DNA of 64,000 bases from Raillietiella orientalis (lineage: Eukaryota). The notes under the pieces were generated by a model, which was not told where the DNA came from, ran no database searches, and saw only the letters and a list, made by a program, of their open reading frames with translations. Positions 1 through 12,354 of the stretch are shown one piece after another. The stretch is taken from assembly GCA_036172245.1 (NCBI GenBank), contig JAYWIR010000010.1:2294001-2358000 (forward strand), in the 5' to 3' direction. The stretch's first letter is position 1, and each line of letters opens with the position of its first letter. Made by a program: the position numbers and the translations under genes.

Positions 1-1799
1 TAGCATCTCAGCAAGCACGTCAGATTCGCGTTCCCCCGTTCTGCACTTTCCATAAGTTCCCTCGGATTCTGGAAGGGAACCAGACAAAAACCCGGAGAGT
101 TTGGTGTAGGTAATGCAAACAGAAGTTGACATGGAAATGCGTTGCACGGCAAACAGACGAGATGTTCAGAGGTGACAAAAGACAGAAAACACAGAGGCGG
201 GTTGAGCCGAGAGATAATGCCAGCCGGTGCATCCGCTCTTTCTCGCCTGCTTCGTTTGATCTTGGCAGGAGAGGCAAACAGAAACACCTCCAGCCCGTGT
301 TTGAAATCTCGACGTTCGCTCGGCAGTGTTCCCTCTCTGGAAAACCCTTCGGCAAACAGGAACTTTTTTTTTTTTTTTTTCCGTAGGTCTTTGGGGACTT
401 CGAATGTCGCATTTCCCGCGGTTGCGCAGAAGAGTTTTTTTTTTCTCAGAGTTTCGTCAAAACAACTTCAGATGTCAGCTCTTGAACTCGTGCATGGCTG
501 CGTCCGATGACCCGACACACCACGAGCAAAGAAACTTTTCTGTTTAAAAAAAATAAGCAAATAAAAATAACGCACGTCACTGCATCAACGTCCTTTTTCC
601 GGAGGATGGGTTTCTTACAGAGCATGACTGCGAAACGGAGATGGACTGCTGTGCTGTATCACAGTCACCGGACGCGTCCACCGTCGTGTCCCGATGTACC
701 CAGATCAGGAAACACTTTCGAGTCTCAGTCCCAGACAACTCGACTGAGTCGTGGGTGCATGGACCAGAGGAAGCGAAAACACCCGACCCGACATTCAGGG
801 AAGCCCAGCCTTTCTGAAGCCTTGGTTGGGAATCGACATCCTGCGTGAAACAAGAATTTAGTGGATCGCCAGCAGGTAACAGGTCACTAGCTGGATTCCT
901 TCCCATTTGGAGGCAGTCGTTCAAACTCATTGGTTGCCTTTAATTCTTTTTTGAATTTCTTTTGGTTTCCTTTCTCTCCCGAGAGCACCTTCTTAAACAC
1001 CATTCTCGCGTACCCCGTTTTCCTGTCCCGTAAGCTTTTGCTCTCTCGATGGTGGAGACCTTTCCTCTAGGAGTGACGACGTTCACGCTTCATGCTTTTG
1101 AAAGTGACAGTTTTTCCTTCACTTTCCCATTCGGAAGCAAGCGCAAGTCCTTCATGAAAGAGCGAGCCGAGCGGAGTGTGATCTGCCCGCGGTTGTGAAA
1201 AGACTGGACTCGAGTGGTCAAGATGGACGCCATCATGATCAACGTGCCCTGCGTTCGTGGCACCCCTGCAGACAACGATCGGTGTTCCGAGGAGGCTGAG
1301 CTTTGGAAACTCCCGACTTGACTTCGAAAATTCTCCTGCCTGTCCTGCGGGCTCCGTGGCCGCTCGCAGCTCTCGGGACATCTACCGGAAGCGCGTGCAT
1401 GTCAAGCCGACCGGCTGAAATGCCACGGCAACCTGAAAAACCGGGTCAAGAGTCCGATCCCCAGGACTTGCGAATCAAGCTAGCTTGCGATCCCGCGTGT
1501 GGCTGCTTTCCCATTCCTTCCCTGTAATCGAATTTATTTCACTTTCCTGGAAGAGGGATTTTATATTCTTCTCGACTTTCATTTCTTTGGGGCTCCATCT
1601 TGGACTCTTCCTTTTTTATTTCTGTGATGAATTCTGGTCCCCGTTCGCTTGATTTATCCTCCTCCTTCAGTCAGGATTAATCTAGCTTTTTCTCCTATTG
1701 GACTTTTCTTTTCCTTTCTTTTTTTTGGGGGAGGGGGAGGGGTCTCAAAGTGCCGGACTCTGTCCATGCCATCCGAGGGTGCATGTGACACTTCAAATC

Positions 1800-2232
1800 A
1801 CAGGGGGTGACCCCATAGGGACCACTCTATAAATCCAGGAAGGCTCCGGAGGAAGGAGTCCTTTCCTCTTACGTTTTGCTTCTTGACTCTGGAGAGGCAG
1901 CCCTCGAGAAGAGTATCAACCAACGTCCCTTCATGGTACGTGGTGGAAGACGGTTGCAATAGCACAAGCTGAGGGGAACGGCTTCCAGGAAGAACCCCGG
2001 AAGGTCGATTCTCGAATCTCGGCCAGTCAATAGGGGCATCCGGTGGTTTCTGGCTTGCACCGTGCCGCATCCGAAGCCTCCAAGGCCAAGCAGCATCATG
2101 CTGCGGAAGGGATTCGAAACCCACGACGCAACCCATTTCTCTGGATCTCGATCCTCCACGTAGGGGTTCGAACCCACAATGCTTGGTGCCATCACATGCG
2201 TAGACCACAGCAGCAGCACGGCTGCCAATGCG
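1800..2232 (-). mobile_element. SINE-like repeat copy A (internal hairpin cassette deleted)
   Basis: The reverse complement matches the head of copy E (TGGCACCAAGCATTGTGGGTTCGAACCCC ... GCGTCGTGGGTTTCGAATCCC), then TGCCTCTCCAGAGT, then jumps to CGGAGCCTTCCTGGATT..AGAGTGGTCCC. Confidence 0.7.
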
Positions 2233-5200
2233 GAAGAAGGACTGATTTGAAGGATGCTTTCTTTTCCAAGATAAACCACCGTAGGAGTTGCAGCTGTTTA
2301 TCAGTAAGGTGCGACCCCGCTCTCGACCGATCGAACTTCCGGATGCCGGAAAACAGAGCTCCAGAGCTGACCGGCACGCACGCCAAGCCAGAGAAAATCG
2401 GAGGCTGAGATGATTGGCACGCCGCAGCGTTTCTCTCCTGCTTCTCATCCTCTCATGCGGAGAAAAGTCCTCCAGAGACACAGCTAAACTTGCCGCCGCC
2501 TGCAGCATCCAGGAGTTACTCTCCTTCGGTGGTCTCTGATCCCAGAGATGACTCGTTCTTCCCGTGAGTCGCATCCCTATCATGATCAAGCGAGAGGGCT
2601 CTCTCTCCTTTCGCGATTCGTCCTACAAGGCCGTTCGAAACGGAAGCGGACTCAAACACCAACTTCCGACTTCTCCGGAGGCAGGGCAGCCAACTTCTTT
2701 GCGTGTGCGGAAGTTCGAGAGAGGAAAGGAGGGGGAGAGGGCACGGGCAAGGAATGAGAAATTTCAAGATGAACGCCTCCGGCTTCCTTCAGTTCCCGCT
2801 TCCCGAAGGAGCCGAAAACTTTGCCTCGTCCCTCAGGCAACGATCCCGAATTTCGCCGATTCTTCCAAGCCGGCTCTGCCAGCAGGATGACGTCCGTACA
2901 TTTTTTTTTTTTTTGTTCGTTTTGTTTTTCTCCCTCCCCTTTCCTTTGTCTTCAGGCGTTGGTCTGTGTGACGTCCGGGCTATTCGCCCGCGAGCGTTCC
3001 CTGCTGTTGGATTCCGCTCAAGCGGGAGATTTCTCTCGAAGAGATGCTTCCCGAGGGGGATGTGCGAGCCTCTCAGCATTCGTGGGAGCCCAGTACGCAG
3101 GCGCCAGCGGAAGGGCAGATGGAGGCTCGCCGAGCGACACAAATCCATCCACACAGTGGGAGGCATCCTTCGCCCGCCACACCACTTCCAGGTGCCAACC
3201 GCGGGAGGAAGGCCAGAGCGTAGTCCAGGTCGTAGCGAGATCTCCGGATGCACAGCGGAAGGAGGGTGGAAGTGCACGTGGCTCGGCTGCCCTTCTCCCC
3301 TTCCCCAGCCCCAGCTCTGCAGGAGGCGTAGCTGTAGTCCCCACGCGTTCTCCCCGGTACCAGCGTCCCCATGTGCCTCTTCTGCTCGCGCGTTTCTCAT
3401 CTGCCTCCGTTCCATTTCTTGAGCCGGAGGAGGAACCGCTTTTCCACTTCTCTTCTTCTTCCAGCTTCCTGCACCTCCTCCCCTTTCCGGAACGGAGGAA
3501 ACGCATCGTTCCTTCCTCAGAGTCCACATCCCTCCGAGCTGCGCCACAAGGGCGACCCTCTCGATTCGATCGGTATCGGATGGGGGCTTTCAGTTCCGCT
3601 CAGATCCAAGCCGAGACGAGGGGGCAGCCTATCCCATCCAAACTGCTCCGCAGCTCGTCGCGGTGCGGCAGGAATTCTCGTCGCATCTTGGGTCCTGTGG
3701 CACCGCGAGCGGCGCAGAGTGGACACGTGACTCTCCCCACCTCCCCCTTCCACATAAGATGCCGCTGTCTTCTCCATCCTTTCTGTTTCGCTGCTTCCCG
3801 GAAGGTGGCATCCTGCTTGCCCTTTGCCGCCTTTAGAGGACGGTAGATGTCTCCGGGATCGACCTCGAATTTCCCGCTTCTTACGCGTAAGGACGTTTCC
3901 GGGCCGGTGATGGGAAAGACTGGAGTAGTCGAACCGACCCATTCCACTCTTGGGAGACACTCCCTGCATCCCGAGATCCTGATCCAGGAAGCAAGCGAAT
4001 TCACTCAAGAGGAAGGGAATGGTGTCGTCCAGTGTCCGAGACGGACGGAAGCACCCACAGAAGTGTCCCGTCCGCACGAACCCACGGTGTCTACCCCCGA
4101 AAGAAGAAGACCGGTCAGCCTGCACGCCCACACCGTGCCGAAGAACACACAAGCAAGACTTGTCTCAACGGCGAAGCCGCCCTGAATCGGACCTTGCGCC
4201 GCGCCCGTCCTTACCTCGACGCTCACTCTCAGACACCCGTCGCGGAGTCCGTTCCACCCGTCCTCCGACTGCGACGACAACAGGGGGAGGGTCCCCCGTA
4301 CCCTGCCTTTGCAATTCTCTTTGCCGAGACAAGCCGAGATTTCGCGGGTGCCGCACCCTCTCAGACAAGTCCCTTCCCCTCCTCCTTTCCGTCCAGTCTG
4401 CGTTTCTTTCACAGACACACGCGTCTCCAGCATCCAACCTCTTCAGCTACTCCTGTTGATCTCTCATGTTTGAGAGGATGCACTCGCATCAACCCTGCAG
4501 GTAGATAGAAGCAAATCACGTGATCTCACGCATTATAAATTACCGGCAATTACTCATTAAGCTCAATCAGTGACTCCCTAGCAGCGGCGTTCGAGGTTCT
4601 TCTGTGGCGGTCCGTAGGGATCGTCCCTGCGTACCGGAGACGGCAGAGAGGGAATTGGATGGACGGATGATGAATGCGAGGCGAGCGGGGGATTCGCACG
4701 CGCCAGGGGCCGCGCAGCTTCCTGCGAGGCAGACGCGAGGGCTTCCACGAAAATCCACGAACGGCCCCGCAGCTCTCGAGGAGGCGCCGCCGAGATGCCT
4801 GCCGGAACGGAGGAAGGGAAGGGGGGCGGGGTAGGGTGGGACGAGGGAAGAGGAGCAAATGCCCCCCGCGCGCATCCCAGAGAGAAGCCACGCGCGCCGC
4901 AGTGTCTCCCATCCGTTGCTATGCACCATCTCCCCTCCCTCCTCCCTCACTGCCCACGGAAGGCGCCTCTGAAAATTCTCCTTCAGATGCTCCCTCCTAG
5001 AGCAACCCCTTCCGGTCTGGATTCCGCTCCCCGACTCTCGGGTGGAGAGCTCTCCTTCCCTCATGCCGGCAGCATCGCAGCGGAAACTGCTTGCCATAGA
5101 TGAGCCAAGCAGGATTCCCAGATTCGCAGCTTTCGATTCATCTTGCGTGGTCCGGTACGAAGGGAGAATTGTGTCAAGACTCCGGGTTTCCTCGAAGGAG

Positions 5201-5299
5201 AAAGATGTTCAGGATGCTGCGCGCTCATGAAGCCGCCCGCAAGAGAGCACCGGTAGCGGAAAACCTCAGTACGGAAAGCGAAACGATGATGGATTCACA

Positions 5300-5700
5300 G
5301 CCCCCCTTGGAAGCCAGAAGAATATCTCCGGACTAGCATCCGGACCGTATTCGGGCTGGACCGAGAGCAAGCTGAGGATTCCTCCGCCCTTGAGATGAAT
5401 CGCGGAGGCCATGACGGCGCGCTGCGGAAGACCCATTTGCCTTTCGACTTCTCTCATAGACCTGGAGCTGCATGGCACGACCGAGAGGATTTTCGCCCAA
5501 TCGGAGGCTGCTGCCGCCATCATCTCTGCTCCACGCGTTTTTCGAGGATGATTCCGGCCGGACCGCAGTATGAACGAACCAGCTGGTTTCCGAGCAGGAA
5601 TTGTGCGCCTGCACCCAATCACGCCAGAGTCCGTAGGGAGCTCACGGCTCCTGTTGCTTTTGTCGTAGCTGAGAAGCGCACGCGCCGCCGCATCAGCTCG
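5300..5700 (+). mobile_element. Highly degenerate LINE RT fragment
   Basis: LPFDFSHRPGAAWHD resembles the LINE RT motif LDFSKAFDxVWH. A downstream PESVGSSRLLL weakly resembles PQGSVLGPLLF. Confidence 0.35.
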
Positions 5701-6014
5701 GCCCCCCCGGAAGGAGGAGAACGAACGCAGAAGAGGACCACCATGGAGCTACCGGATGATACGCTGTTTAAGCTTCGGTTCTATCGAGAGGCTTGTTCGA
5801 GGATAAGGGAGCGAACCACGATCTCAAGGAGGAAAAATATGTCTCGCAAACTGAGGGGAAACGCTGACAGGGAAACGCCAAAAGGAAGGGGACGTCGTTT
5901 TTCAATGCGATGATTTTCACGAGAGAAAGCCTGGAGATGGCATTCGGATGATGAAAACCCTTCCGAGTTCTGCCGTTTTCTTCTCTTAACTCCCAGATTT
6001 TTTTTGTCTTCTTT

Positions 6015-6585
6015 TGGTTCGCCAAGGACTCAAGAAACATTCGCCTAGGGGATCACGAAGCTCTTTGGAGCCATGCGAGGGTGCGTGCAACTCTTCAACT
6101 TGTAGGGTTAACCCTGTGGATCCAGGAAGGTTCCCAAGGAAGGATTCCGTGTCTATTACTCTTGGGAGGGAACCCGCTTGCTGTTGCTCCTCTGAAGAGA
6201 ACCCCGAAGGAATGCTTCCCAATTTCTCTGAAGGACGCTTTCCGAAGGGAGCAGCGCGCTTCTGACACTTTGGAGAGATAAGCCCCCGAGGGGGGTATCA
6301 ACCAGCTCCATGGTACTTGACGGAGGACGGCTCCATTTGCACCCCGAAGGGTCCCTTTAATCCTGGAAGGACCCGGAGGGAGGGTCAACTCAATCTCGGT
6401 CAGTCAACGGAGGCATCCGGTAGTTTCCTGCTTCCACCGCTGTCGCACCCTAAGCCAACCGAGACCAACCAGCGTCATCCTGCGGGGGGACTCCAAAGCC
6501 ACGGCACCCATTCCTCGGGGTTTCGATCCCCCCCGTGGGGATTCGAACCCGCAACGCTCGTCACCAGCATGGCAGTGCCACACTC
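6015..6585 (-). mobile_element. SINE-like repeat copy B
   Basis: The reverse complement gives GCGTTGCGGGTTCGAATCCC (head), GATGACGCTGGTT, AGCGCGCTGCTCCCTTCGG, CCTTCGGGGTTCTCTTCAG and the 3' end CTTGGCGAACC, all shared with copy E. Confidence 0.75.
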
Positions 6586-7399
6586 TCTTGTTTCCATAGC
6601 ATCCTATTATTTTTTAGCTACCTCAGAGTTGATCTGAAGGTCATGAAAATCACCGTGTAGATCAGATATGAGGTGCAGAGACAAATTAACGCAACCGGTA
6701 GCAACTGATAATCCGCGTTGTGTAACTCGGGTCAGTGGATCATTTGATTTGGATCGTTAAAGACGTGGAAGAAACCAGAAGGGTTTTCTATTTCCGCTCG
6801 ACCACTGGCAATCTTTAAATAGGTTTCATACCACAAGGATTTTCGAAATGGCAGTCCAATAGAAGAAAGCAACCAGTGGGACCTTTGGTTCCGACGATCT
6901 CTCCATTCATGAAATCAACTTCTGTATCAAGACTGTACCACTGAGACGCATCCTCCTGGAACGGAAGGAAAAAAAAGCAAAAGCATTAACAAAACCTCAG
7001 CTTTACAGCTCAGGGAGATTTGATGGACGTGGAAGGGCGGGGGCAATCATCGGAAATCGGTGGTGTGCACAAACTTTTGAGCGGACATCCGTTCGCGAAT
7101 TCAAGAACTCGTGACTGAGGTCCGAAGAATCGCAGTTTAAGGGAACCCCCACCCACTCTGTGCCTCTATCCTCTAACACTGCCGTACCGACTTCTCCGCT
7201 TTTAAGATGTCTGAGCGATTTCTTCAGATGGGTCACGAAACGACGAGGCGCTTTCGAATGCTTTTCGTTCTGCTTCGACTTTGAACGAACCAAAAAGGAA
7301 ATAAGCGTGGATACGAAGAGTGGTCTCCTAAGAAAGTTTCTTGTCAGAGCCTCTTTATCAGAACCCATGAGAATGTTTCGAAAGGCGAGTTGCAGATTC

Positions 7400-8350
7400 C
7401 CCGATTCCACATGCACAAGGTGCCTTCCAGAACAATGGCTGATCGCAACCTTTTGTGAAATTTCAGCTGCAGATCTGGAAAGCACATCCCTTCACACAGA
7501 ATCTCTTGACATGGCGTGCTTGTCATGAATGCAAACGTTGATGGTTTAACGCACAACCTTGCAGCTTGCCACCATTCTTCCGGGCCGAAAGCTTCAAAAG
7601 ATGCACGGAAGTCGTCTGATACCCCTCGTTTCACCTGAAGCATTCGGCTATTCGTGTGAGAAAACCCTCCTGGATACTCTGAGATCTGTAAAAGTTCACT
7701 CTCCAAAGAAGATCCAAGTCAAGATCGATCAGATTACTTTCCGAGGATTTTTTCGATTCCATCATGGAATGCGCCATTTTCCTGTCACTGGAAAATGCAT
7801 GGTAGGGAACAGGATTGCTGCCTGCCTGAGTGAAAGATGTTTCTCTCAGGGACCTCGCTGAGGAAGGTTACATCAGAAGCTACTGACGGGACACAGGAAC
7901 TAGCAAGTAACCTGAAGCAATACGACGTGCACGTGGAGAAGAACGAGTCGTGCCACCCTGCACAGAGTTTTATTGGCTTCCTGGGTTCCATTCTGCCAAA
8001 CGCAGAGGCTTTTTCCTGGCTGCTTCATGACGCGCGCACGCGCGAATCGTCATAATCTTTGCAGAGACGCGTCTGCATCTGGAACAGCTTCCTAGTTTGA
8101 AAGAATTCGACGATTGAACGAAGGTTTGGTGGCTGCTGACAGCTCTCAGCATAACGGTTGGAGATGGAGAACCGGTTTCTCTTTACCGCTGTTTCTTTCT
8201 GTTCCCTTTGTGCTTCAATCCGATCAGAGGTCAATGCATAGAGTGCACCTCGACCACACGCCTCGGAATCGCGTGGTGAACGCCCAAAGTACAAAATCCA
8301 GAAACGAAACGAACGGAATTAACATGGAAACGGGAGTAGCAGTATGAAGT
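7400..8350 (+). mobile_element. Degenerate LINE RT remnant
   Basis: LQKMHGSRLIPLVSPEAFGYSCEKTLLDTL (compare K.LE..RL...ISP.QFGFR..KST.DAL), followed in order by IAACLSER, GSILP and IIFAET (compare FADD), with frameshifts and stops. Confidence 0.5.
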
Positions 8351-11300
8351 TCGGATTGCTTTGCCCTTTGCTCTTGATTTGCTTTCAAATACCGAGATGC
8401 CGCTGATGCAGGCACATGATTTCACTGTGGTACATCCACAGTGGAGAAAAACAGACATTTCGTTTTGGTAATCCTCGCGCAAGCGAATCAACGTACTCGC
8501 AGTTTTACACGCGTTCCATTCGAATGCGAATGGACGGTGCATAGGGTGTTTTTTTTTTTTTTCAAACGAGGAGGATTGGCTGAAGGGCATATGGCAAGGA
8601 TTCAGTTTTCCACCCAGAGAACTGGAGCAGAGCTATGTGAAGAGCCGTTGCAAACTGCTGTTGGGATCGGACAGCTTTACAAGCGAAGCCCGTAATCCTC
8701 AAGGAGGACAGTCAGAACCAGAACTCTCGACGGGACTTCTGAATCTCTTCCGTGCAATGTGGTCAGTGTTGCCAGGTGCTAAACCAGCTTCAAATACCTT
8801 TCTGATGATCTTCCGAAAATGAAATTACAATAGGCGAATAAGAATCGATGCAACTCAATAGCTCTTTGAATGTACTTTCCGTATTCTCCGAAAGTTGCTG
8901 CTTTATTTTGCAATCGGAGACTCACAGTAATTCAGACGTCCTGCAGCGGTATCCTTCGTCAAGAATAACGGAATCAGGGCCAAGTATGGGGCTGTCCTTT
9001 CGGGGTCTGATTTAGTGTCACTCTCCACTAGTACATCCTCCTCTGATCAGGTTTTCTGCATAGAGTGATGACTAAAAAAATTTTTTTCTTCTTTCGTTTT
9101 TAAAGGAAGCATCCGTCAGCTGACTTGGAGGAAAAGCGCTCTGTGAAGTGCCGCCTCGATGCTGCTCTAGGAGAGAGAAAGGTGTCCGAGTCCTCATTCC
9201 CTCCTCCATTTTCTTGTTTGTTTGCTCCATGTTGCACATTCTGGAGATCACGGCAGCTGTTTGTTGTCTCCCGTGCGTGACCAACTCCATCTGGAGCGAA
9301 GCTGCTAACGTTGCACCAATGACCCAGTCCAGTTCACGACTAGGTACCAAGACACGGAGATGAGGAAAGAATTTCTCGCGCAAGAAACTCTCGTCGATAC
9401 CGAGATGAGAGACGGCACGGTGCTTTTTCTGGCTCAGAGCTGTACTGAGAAATACACTGAATTATGCCTATCCTTCCTTTTTAGATGAGCGTTTCTCCAT
9501 GGTAGCATCTCAGGCAGGAGGAAAGGAGTGAGTTCCGCTCGAAAAATCCATACAAATGGAAGCATTTCGAAGTTCTTCATCTGAATTTTCGCAAAGTGCA
9601 CATCTGTGCGCCGCAGCGTGCAGCATCGAAGAAGATGACGTGATCCTAAACGAGGCACACCGGGAGTTAGGTTTCTAGCCCTTCCGCTCATCCCATTGCA
9701 GAACACGTCATTCCGTTTCGAAGCGATCTTTAATCCGGTGATTACTTGTTGCTAAGGAAATTTTTTCGTCGAACGCTACGCCGCTTATTGAGATAGGTTC
9801 GGGTGACCGATAGATGTTGCTCTATTACCTCGTTTGCGTAGGAAATGCTCATCAGAGGTATCCAGTGGTAGCCAACAGCTTTGTCCCAGATCATGCCTTT
9901 ATTCCAAACTTCCACCAGTAAGCCGGTGTCTATTCTGTCGATTTCACTAAGAAAAAAGAGAACTCTTTAATTTTTTTTAAACGTTCATCACGACCAGCTT
10001 TGAGGAACGTCCAGCCAACGCACTCTTCTCCGAACGCGGGGTGACTCTTCTCGCTAAAGAGTAGCGGGACCACGTATAAAGCCGGCGCCCACCGGAAGGA
10101 AGGGAAGGGAATTCACCGAAAATTAATCCACGGACCAACTCCTCCAGTCGGAAGGATGGAGGAATTTCGCACGCAGTCTCGCTAATTTTCCTCTCGAGCA
10201 AGTAAGAATGCAATCGGGTGACTCGGTTTCGTAGAAGAAACGTTGCAAAGTGGAAGATTAAAATGGCGAGATCGCTTAAGCGAAACCTGAAACGGGTTTC
10301 ATGTTGCGATGTCTGTCCTTGCAGGCCTCCGTGCCTTCGGAAAAGCCAGGAGAGCTACAAAGGAAATGAACGGCACGCTTGGAACCAGCATCCCCGGCAG
10401 ATTTCTGGAAAGGGATCAAGCAGAACTCCGGAACCGAAAAACAAGAACTCGGAAGGGGAAAGGCGAGGGAACGGCTGAGGAAATGCTTCGGCGGATGCAG
10501 ATCCCTTTCGAATTTGCCTCACGTCCGTCGCTCTGCGTCTGCGAATTTGTTTTGCCGGACGATGAAAAATGAAAGGAGAGTAGAAAGGTCAACGCGCCTC
10601 GTAATCAGCCGACCGCCCTTATTGATCCAGTCGCCTCCGCGCCGGGCCCCATCTCGCGAAGTGGGCAGTTCGTCCGCGCATCATCACCCTTCAGGAAAGA
10701 AGCACTGTCGTCTGTTTATCTCGCCACCTCTAGAATACTTGGCAAATTTCACCCTAATCCCCTCCCCCCCCCCCCTCTTCCTCTTATCATCGCATTCGCA
10801 GCATGCATCCGATGGAACGAGCACGCTCGAAATACCAAACTGACTTCAGGAGTGTGCTAAGTCGCAACAAATGTCTGGAAATAAGCTTTATCGTACATCT
10901 TAACTGCGTCTTCCGAACTGTAGAAGAAAATGCAGCGTAGCCTGGCAAGTCGTTGTTGTTTCCACCCCTACCCCCTTATTTTTTTTTTCTTCTTCTTCTT
11001 CCTTTTTTTGGTTCTCCTTTCCCTAATTTTCGAACTCCGGTTTGGAGAGAACTTGTCGAAATCTTTGGCAGCTTTTTGAATCCGGCAAAAAGAGCAGGTA
11101 TCCATGATTTGGGAAGCTGGAGGGTTTGGTTGAGTAGGAAACCCACGTCGGCTGAGGAGCTCCCAGGAATCTCATCGGCTGCGGATTCTGTGAAGAGATG
11201 TTCTGCGAATGCAGGACATCCGCGGTTATGGCAGAGGATAAATAAATGACTGTGGACGGGAGGCATAAGGGAAGAGATCCCGTGGAGAACGCCGTGTGTG

Positions 11301-11569
11301 AACTACGAATCGTATGCGCGCACGGGCGTGTGTTGCGTTTGGCGTAGGGGGATGTTCATGCGATCCTATTTGTCGTTCGGACCTAAGGATGGAAGAAGGC
11401 AATTAGCCTCTGTCGAGAAGGTAGGGGGTATGGGAGAAGATCGTGTTTTCATCACAGAATGAAGAGAGTGAGGCCTTATGCATTCTGCGTGCCGCGGTGG
11501 TCACCTCTGGAAGGCATTGTGTTTGTGAATTTGGAGATTATAGAATTAGACGTTGTTTCCTTGCTCAGG

Positions 11570-11730
11570 ATCTCCAGGTGCTCGAGAACCGTTCGCCTAG
11601 GGTCTCACGAAGCTCTTTAACGCTGCCTACGCCACCACCCGAGGATGGGTGAAACCGTTCAAGTTAGAAGGGGACCACCCGATGAATCCAGAAAGACTCC
11701 TGAGGAAGGATTCCTTCCCTCTCTTACCCG
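11570..11730 (-). mobile_element. SINE-like repeat copy C (3' fragment)
   Basis: TTCGCCTAGGGTCTCACGAAGCTCTTT matches 6040-6066. GAATCCAGAAAGACTCCTGAGGAAGGATTCC matches ~1830-1860 and ~6118-6148. Confidence 0.65.
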
Positions 11731-12200
11731 TAGCCACACCGGCAGCCAACGCGAGCCGTCTGGATACGGCCTCCAAAGTTAGGGGACTTTTTCCTCGGTA
11801 TCGGACCACGATCTTTGACACCAAAGCAAAGTGCGTGGCGAAAGCCATAGATAAACAGCGGAGCAGTAGAGGAATTGGAAGAATCGGGAAAGCGTCTTGG
11901 ATCCATGCAGAGCTGGGAGTCACGCAAGCTGGTCTGTTTTCCCCCTCCAGACTTGAAAGCAGAGAGTTCAGAGCATTCCCCTTCCATTATGGAAGATGAA
12001 TGACGAGGAAGAGAAAGAAGACATGTGCCCTCCTCAGACAACACAGTATTGATCCTCATGGAAGCTCAAAGCTGCTGCTGATCAGCAAACTTTGACATTT
12101 TCTCAGGCGCATGGGTTGCCTAAGCCTAATCCTAGGAAGCAAACTGTGAATAGCAATCAGCTCCAACGTCCCTCCATCTCCTCCCAATTAGGCTCGCTGT
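11730..12200 (+). mobile_element. Degenerate LINE RT fragment between repeat copies C and D
   Basis: ELGVTQAGLFSPSRL resembles SGVPQGSVLSPxLF, preceded by IFDT. Confidence 0.35.
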
Positions 12201-12354
12201 TTATTCCATGGCGTGCCGTCTGCTGAGCAGACTTGGTGAAGAGCTCCTTGGGTGCCTCTTTTTCCTTACCTCAGAGGCACTCTCAGGTCCTTGCATTTTT
12301 AGTAGGTCATCAGTTGCTCGATTCGGCATCCCCCCTCCAGGTGTCTGCCAGCCT

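Noticed and set aside
2703..3846. ORFs of 239-341 aa
   Set aside because: Same GC-rich artefact; they read through poly-T tracts and have no domain.
6190..6250. CTGAAGA as a hammerhead ribozyme core
   Set aside because: No properly placed GAAA or stems I-III could be built, and it lies antisense to the tRNA-like head.
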